Source of the DNA: Patescibacteria group bacterium
Lineage (GTDB): Bacteria > Patescibacteriota > Patescibacteriia > UBA1558 > GWA2-36-10
DNA length: 64,000 bases
Direction: 5' to 3'
Assembly: GCA_041662585.1 (NCBI GenBank)
Contig: JBAZSG010000001.1
Span: forward strand, 66,381 to 130,380
A program made the translations under genes and the position numbers. The notes beneath the pieces were generated by a model. The model was not told where the DNA came from. It ran no database searches and saw nothing but the letters and a program-made list of their open reading frames with translations. This document shows positions 59,909 through 64,000 of the stretch, piece by piece (positions within the stretch are counted from its first letter, which is position 1; every line of letters starts with the position of its first letter).

Positions 59909-60997
59909 CTAACTTATCTTTTTAACCACACCGTTATCAGCATCTACTTCTATTTTATCGCCATTCTTAAAAATTTTAGTAGCCTCTTTTGTATCAATTA
60001 TACAAGGAATTTTTAACTCACGAGATACTATAGCAGCATGAGAAAGCATGCCACCTTGATCTGCTACAATAGCTGAAGCTTTTTTACACAATGGTAGCCA
60101 ATCAGGACTGGTAGACTCGGCAATTAAAATATCACCTTTCTTCATTTGTTTATCCATCAATTTTACTTTTTTTATATCATAAAACATAGGAGCAATTATG
60201 GCTCTGCCAACTACTTTGCCCTTAAAAGCTGTTCTGCCTTTTAATATTGTTGTTTTGGAAGCCAAGGTGAAGTTTTTATAAAGTTCTAAAGACTGTTTAT
60301 AAGAAAAAGTTTTGATACTATTATTTTGATTTATGGCGCTATAACATTTTTTTCTTTGTTCAATTAAATTTTTAGGAATTTTTTTACCATCAAAAATATT
60401 TAATATTTCATTTGAATATAGGAATCTTCCATCATAATCATATTTCAAAAAATATTTCAATAAATTTTCAAAAACACCCCCTTTAAAAAAATAGTTGTTT
60501 AGTAATTCTCTGCCGTGAAATTTAAACTTGGCTGCTTGAAGTAGATTATTTTTAACTGTTTTAGCTTTATTTTTATCTAAAGAATCTAAATCTATTTCTT
60601 GATAAGGAAATTCGACAAAACCATAATAATACCAAAACTGGGCTAAAAAATTTCTAATTTTTATAAATTCTCTCCTGTTTAATATTTCGGGTGTTTTGTT
60701 ATATTTAGATATTATTTCTTTATTTGCTTTATTAACATAATCTTTAAAATCTTTTAAATATCTTTTAAATCTTGCTTCATTTCCATACAAACACAACCCT
60801 TCTTTAGAAAAATACTTCAAATTATTTTTACTAATAAAAGTATAATAATCTTTATCTTTATGTATAACTAACATCCCCTTGCCCAAAGAACTTGTTAATA
60901 AAAACTCACTATGAAGACAGGTAATAATACCCTTAGTAACAAAAAATCTCACAAAATTATTTGGTGTTATCTTGATTAATTCTATATCCTTTTTCAT
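59909..60997 (-). CDS. Protein with a C-terminal PEP-utilising-enzyme mobile (phosphohistidine swivel) domain and an uncharacterised N-domain
   Basis: C-terminal GGMLSHAAIVSRELKIPCIID...VDADNGVVKKIS. Confidence 0.65.
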   Translation of the reverse strand: MKKDIELIKITPNNFVRFFVTKGIITCLHSEFLLTSSLGKGMLVIHKDKDYYTFISKNNLKYFSKEGLCLYGNEARFKRYLKDFKDYVNKANKEIISKYNKTPEILNRREFIKIRNFLAQFWYYYGFVEFPYQEIDLDSLDKNKAKTVKNNLLQAAKFKFHGRELLNNYFFKGGVFENLLKYFLKYDYDGRFLYSNEILNIFDGKKIPKNLIEQRKKCYSAINQNNSIKTFSYKQSLELYKNFTLASKTTILKGRTAFKGKVVGRAIIAPMFYDIKKVKLMDKQMKKGDILIAESTSPDWLPLCKKASAIVADQGGMLSHAAIVSRELKIPCIIDTKEATKIFKNGDKIEVDADNGVVKKIS

Positions 60998-61077
60998 TAT
61001 TTTAATTCAAATTTTAATATATTAATTATACCACTTATTTTTAAAACAAAAAACGAGCTAAAATTAGCTCACTTTTT

Positions 61078-61120
61078 GATGGGGTCCCTTGTGGGAGGAA
61101 TTCCGAACCCTAGACTGGTC
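61078..61120 (-). repeat. Degenerate tRNA-His 3'-end copy (fragment A)
   Basis: The minus-strand reading TAGGGTTCGGAATTCCTCCCACAAGGGACCCCATC compares with the tRNA-His sequence GAGGGTTCAATTCCCTCTGGGCACCCCATC. Confidence 0.65.
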
Positions 61121-61138
61121 AAAATTACAAAATAGTTA

Positions 61139-61357
61139 TTAGCTTAATTTTTTAACTTTTAAATAATCATATATAGCCGCTACTGTAAAAATTATCTGTA
61201 AAATTATAAAAATTATATCATCAATATAAATACTATACATTTCTAAACATAAACCTCCTAAAATATAATATATATCTTGGCTCTTTCTTCTTTTTGTTAT
61301 GATACCAATAGAAATTAGTAGAATGCCTAAGGCGCCGATGATTTTAAATATGTCCAT
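61139..61357 (-). CDS. Small membrane protein (72 aa)
   Basis: Two TM. Preceded by TTGACC-17-TATAAT with the ATG 6 nt after the -10 (leaderless). Confidence 0.45.
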   Translation of the reverse strand: MDIFKIIGALGILLISIGIITKRRKSQDIYYILGGLCLEMYSIYIDDIIFIILQIIFTVAAIYDYLKVKKLS

Positions 61358-61363
61358 AAAATA

Positions 61364-61392
61364 ATTATAATTCTATTCCCATTTTGGGTCAA
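61364..61392 (-). promoter_or_regulatory. Near-consensus sigma-70 promoter (TTGACC-17-TATAAT) for the leaderless small gene
   Basis: The minus strand reads tttgacc caaaatgggaatagaat tataat. Confidence 0.55.
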
Positions 61393-61424
61393 ACAAAAAA
61401 CAAGCTAAGATTAGCTCACTTTTT

Positions 61425-61470
61425 GATGGAGTCCCTTGTGGGATGAATTCAGAACCCTAGATTGGGGTAA
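61425..61470 (-). repeat. Degenerate tRNA-His 3'-end copy (fragment B)
   Basis: gatggagtcccttgtgggatgaattcagaaccctagattgggg. Confidence 0.65.
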
Positions 61471-61487
61471 ATTACAATATAATATTC

Positions 61488-62936
61488 CTAATTTAACTTT
61501 TTAACTACACCATTATCAGCGTCTACTTCTACTTTATCACCATCTTTTAATACTTGTGTGGCTATTTTGGTGCCAATAATACAAGGTATGCCTAATTCAC
61601 GTGATACTATAGCAGCGTGACAAGTAATTCCTCCTTCATCAGTTATAATAGCAGCTGCTTTTTTCATAGCTGGAGCCATCTCTGGACGAGTCATAGAAGA
61701 AACTAATATATCGCCCTCATCCATATTGATCATATCGTGAATTTTTAAAATAATTTTAACAACACCCTGAGCTTTCCCTTTAGAAGCAACCACTCCTTTT
61801 AACTCTTCTGTTACGCCTTTTTTATTTTGATAAAAATCCAAAAGTTCTTTAACAGTTTTACCAGATATAATTTCATAAGAATTTGGAGTCTGAATACAAA
61901 CACACATTTCTTTTCTGCCTTCTAACTCTTCTTTATCAATTTTTTTAGCTAAAACTTTACGAAATTCTGAATAAACTGAGTAGGTTAATAAATCAAAAGG
62001 GACTTTTGTGCGTTTTTCAACCTCGCGTAAAAACTTAAATTGATAATAATTAGCCATTAAAACATACTTTTTTCTAGTGTCCTGAATACCAAAAAATTCA
62101 TCCATCATATCTATCAGCGAAAGATTCCACTTAGATAGTTTTAATTCTTTAATTAACCCTTCTCTTTCCTTTAGAATGCTTTCTCTAGTTTTAGATGGTG
62201 TGTGATCTATGAGTTTTTTAAAATCCTGATAAATTATTTTGGAAAAATCATCAACTGTTAGATAATTTCCTTTAGCATAATTATTTTGAATATAGAAATA
62301 CTTAGCTGAATGCTGTTCTAATTTATCTAGTGGTATTTTTTTGCCGTCTTTTAAGTATTGTAGTAATTTTTCTCTATCCACCTGTTCTTCTTCAATGAAA
62401 GAAATGTGTTTGGTGGTTATTAATTTAGGAAATATCTCATTAAATCTGTTTCCTAGTATTTTTTCAAACTCAGGAATAATATAACGGTCAGCGTGCATAG
62501 ATACCGCATCACCCAAAGTCATAAAATAAGTAAATTGTTCTAAATATGCCTCGTAAAAACTATCATATAATAATGCTAGTTCTTCATCATTTAATTTTTC
62601 TAAATTTATCTTATCTACTTTATCAATAACTGATTCAAAATCATTTATTTTCTTATACCAATCGTTTTGTATTTTTTTTAAATAATTTTTATCTTTTTTT
62701 AAATTATCTAAAAATAAATTACGTACCCTATCTAAGTCATTATCATTCCAATACCAGTGAACATAATCATTAGTAACAAAAAAGAGAGTTATGGTACTAG
62801 AATCACCATATATCTTTTTCATAGGAAAACCAGTTTGTCCTACTGGAAAGAAAGTGTGTAATACACCGTGAAAGCCTTTATATGTCCAGGTAGATTGGTC
62901 TATCTTATACTTACTTATAATTTCTTCTACTTTCAT
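61488..62936 (-). CDS. Paralogous protein with a C-terminal PEP-utilising-enzyme mobile domain (482 aa)
   Basis: C-terminal GGITCHAAIVSRELGIPCIIG...VDADNGVVKKLN. Preceded by an extended -10 ttggtataat 9 nt from the ATG. Confidence 0.65.
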   Translation of the reverse strand: MKVEEIISKYKIDQSTWTYKGFHGVLHTFFPVGQTGFPMKKIYGDSSTITLFFVTNDYVHWYWNDNDLDRVRNLFLDNLKKDKNYLKKIQNDWYKKINDFESVIDKVDKINLEKLNDEELALLYDSFYEAYLEQFTYFMTLGDAVSMHADRYIIPEFEKILGNRFNEIFPKLITTKHISFIEEEQVDREKLLQYLKDGKKIPLDKLEQHSAKYFYIQNNYAKGNYLTVDDFSKIIYQDFKKLIDHTPSKTRESILKEREGLIKELKLSKWNLSLIDMMDEFFGIQDTRKKYVLMANYYQFKFLREVEKRTKVPFDLLTYSVYSEFRKVLAKKIDKEELEGRKEMCVCIQTPNSYEIISGKTVKELLDFYQNKKGVTEELKGVVASKGKAQGVVKIILKIHDMINMDEGDILVSSMTRPEMAPAMKKAAAIITDEGGITCHAAIVSRELGIPCIIGTKIATQVLKDGDKVEVDADNGVVKKLN

Positions 62937-62984
62937 AAATAAATTATACCAAATTATATTTTAGTTCGATACCCCATTAGGGCG

Positions 62985-63013
62985 TATCAAAAAATAAGCT
63001 AACCTTAGCTTAT
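62985..63013 (-). terminator. Hairpin ataagcta/tagcttat + T-run immediately 3' of tRNA-His
   Basis: 8-bp stem flanked by T-runs on both strands. Confidence 0.55.
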
Positions 63014-63020
63014 TTTTTGA

Positions 63021-63096
63021 TGGGGTGCCCAGAGGGAATTGAACCCTCATTAGCGGTACCACAAACCGCTGTGTTAACCATTACACCATGGGCACC
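63021..63096 (-). tRNA. tRNA-His (anticodon GTG) with encoded G-1 and CCA
   Basis: Hand-folded cloverleaf. G-1:C73 pair, D-stem GTGT/ACAC, anticodon loop TTGTGGT, T-arm GAGGG-TTCAATT-CCCTC, 3' CCA. Confidence 0.88.
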
Positions 63097-63110
63097 ATAT
63101 GAATAAATAT

Positions 63111-63185
63111 GGTGCTCCCAGTAGGAATCGAACCTACATCTACGGCTTAGAAGGCCGCTGTTCTATCCGTTGAACTATAGGAGCA
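63111..63185 (-). tRNA. tRNA-Arg (anticodon TCT) with encoded CCA
   Basis: Acceptor GCTCCTA/TGGGAGC, anticodon loop CTTCTAA, T-loop TTCGATT. Confidence 0.88.
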
Positions 63186-63236
63186 GGATATATAAAACAT
63201 TGCAAACTATAGCAGAAAATAATACTTTAGTCAATG

Positions 63237-64000
63237 CTATGAAACCCTAAGACCTGATTGTTCTCGCCACAAAGCTGCATAAAGTCCACCTTGTTTTATC
63301 AGAGTATCATGTCGGCCAGACTCTACTATCTTTCCTTTTTCCAAAACATATATTTTCTTGGCATGAGCTATAGTTGACAAGCGATGAGCCACCAAAATAC
63401 TAATCATATTGCTATGAACTTTTTCAATACTCTTAATAGTTTCGGTAATTTCCTTTTCTGTTAATGAATCTAAGCTAGAAGTAGCTTCGTCAAATATCAA
63501 TATATCTGGATTTCTAAGCAAAGCCCTAGCAATGGCTAGTCTTTGTTTTTCTCCTCCCGACAATTTGAGTCCCCCTTCACCAATTTTGGTATCCAAACCA
63601 TCTCCCCCTCTACTTATAATACTGTTGGCTGAAGCCTGAGCCATGACTTTGAGACACTCTTCTTCACTGGCTCCGGGGCTAACAAATAATAAATTGTCCC
63701 TAATAGTTCCTGAAAAAAGTTGTGTTTCTTGAGATACCAAACCAATTCTTTTTCTGAGCTTTTCATTTACTACATCATATATACTAGTCTGATTGTTTAA
63801 TATAATATGCCCACTAGTAGCTTTGTATAATTTAACTAATAATTTTATAAGAGTGGTTTTACCAGAGCCACTTGGTCCCACAAAAGCTACTGATTCTCCA
63901 GCTGAAATATCTAAATTTATATTATACAAAGCTTGCTCAGCGTCTGGTCGGTATGAAAAATTAACATCTTTAAAACTTATATTTTTTATATCCCCGATAG
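63237..64000 (-). CDS. ABC exporter ATP-binding domain, MsbA/ABCB-like (C-terminal part of a gene extending beyond the window end)
   Basis: Walker A GPSGSGKTT, signature LSGGEKQRLAIARAL, Walker B ILIFDEATSSLD, H-loop. The frame stays open upstream through ISFKDVNFSY to coordinate 64000. Confidence 0.85.
   Translation of the reverse strand, partial: IGDIKNISFKDVNFSYRPDAEQALYNINLDISAGESVAFVGPSGSGKTTLIKLLVKLYKATSGHIILNNQTSIYDVVNEKLRKRIGLVSQETQLFSGTIRDNLLFVSPGASEEECLKVMAQASANSIISRGGDGLDTKIGEGGLKLSGGEKQRLAIARALLRNPDILIFDEATSSLDSLTEKEITETIKSIEKVHSNMISILVAHRLSTIAHAKKIYVLEKGKIVESGRHDTLIKQGGLYAALWREQSGLRVS

Noticed and set aside
1-64000. Alternative genetic code (UGA recoding) given CPR-like features
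   Set aside because: Conserved genes (clpP, rny, pnp, copA, pilB) translate full-length with the standard code and end at TAA, TAG or TGA stops in the expected places.
1-64000. CRISPR array, IS element or transposase, rRNA
   Set aside because: No regularly spaced direct repeats, no transposase-like ORF and no rRNA-like conserved stretches were seen. The only recombinase is the XerD-like gene.

Overview
The window is AT-rich (about 30% GC) and gene-dense, with standard-code ORFs on both strands. Its gene content (clpP, rny-ymdB, hup, rpsO-pnp, a type IV pilus operon, few biosynthetic genes, many small secreted or membrane proteins) suggests a reduced-genome low-GC bacterium, possibly Patescibacteria/CPR- or Firmicutes-like. 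Coordinates 1..33 kb hold mainly recognisable functions. RNA turnover: clpP, RNase Y plus YmdB, HU, ComM/YifB, LspA, a DksA/TraR-like zinc finger, and rpsO-pnp with the intervening hairpin. A tyrosine recombinase sits next to a type IV pilus operon (pilB, pilC, three prepilin-type pilins including a 643-aa pilin with LVIVD beta-propeller repeats, and a PilX-like pilin). A metal homeostasis cluster follows: CopA, an HMA-fused permease, DoxX, a Met/His-rich secreted protein, and an ECF sigma with its anti-sigma. Further on come a membrane-anchored ClpB-D1-like ATPase, a repeat-rich surface protein, and an AsnRS catalytic-core paralog. Coordinates 33..54 kb hold a second ECF sigma/anti-sigma module with LRR and Cys-rich proteins, MgtE, DUF11 and DUF333 lipoproteins, a PAS protein, an ArsM-like methyltransferase, a GH3 glycosidase and NAPRTase. 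The most unusual region is 54..63 kb. Two segments of about 50% GC carry an AsnRS-like plus archaeal-type AspRS pair and an amidohydrolase, with an AT-rich peptidase S51 gene between them. Next comes an array of short gene cassettes, each bounded by a degenerate copy of the tRNA-His 3' end followed by a terminator hairpin and a promoter. The array ends at an intact tRNA-His (G-1 encoded) and a tRNA-Arg(TCT) on the minus strand, then a partial ABC exporter gene. This looks like serial site-specific integration or cassette shuffling at tRNA-His. Other candidates are a consensus promoter + 23-codon leader ORF + terminator upstream of the AsnRS-core paralog, a recurring leaderless extended -10 promoter motif, near-identical 408-bp tandem repeats inside a surface-protein gene, and several structured intergenic regions that may encode small RNAs. 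No CRISPR array, transposase or rRNA was seen.
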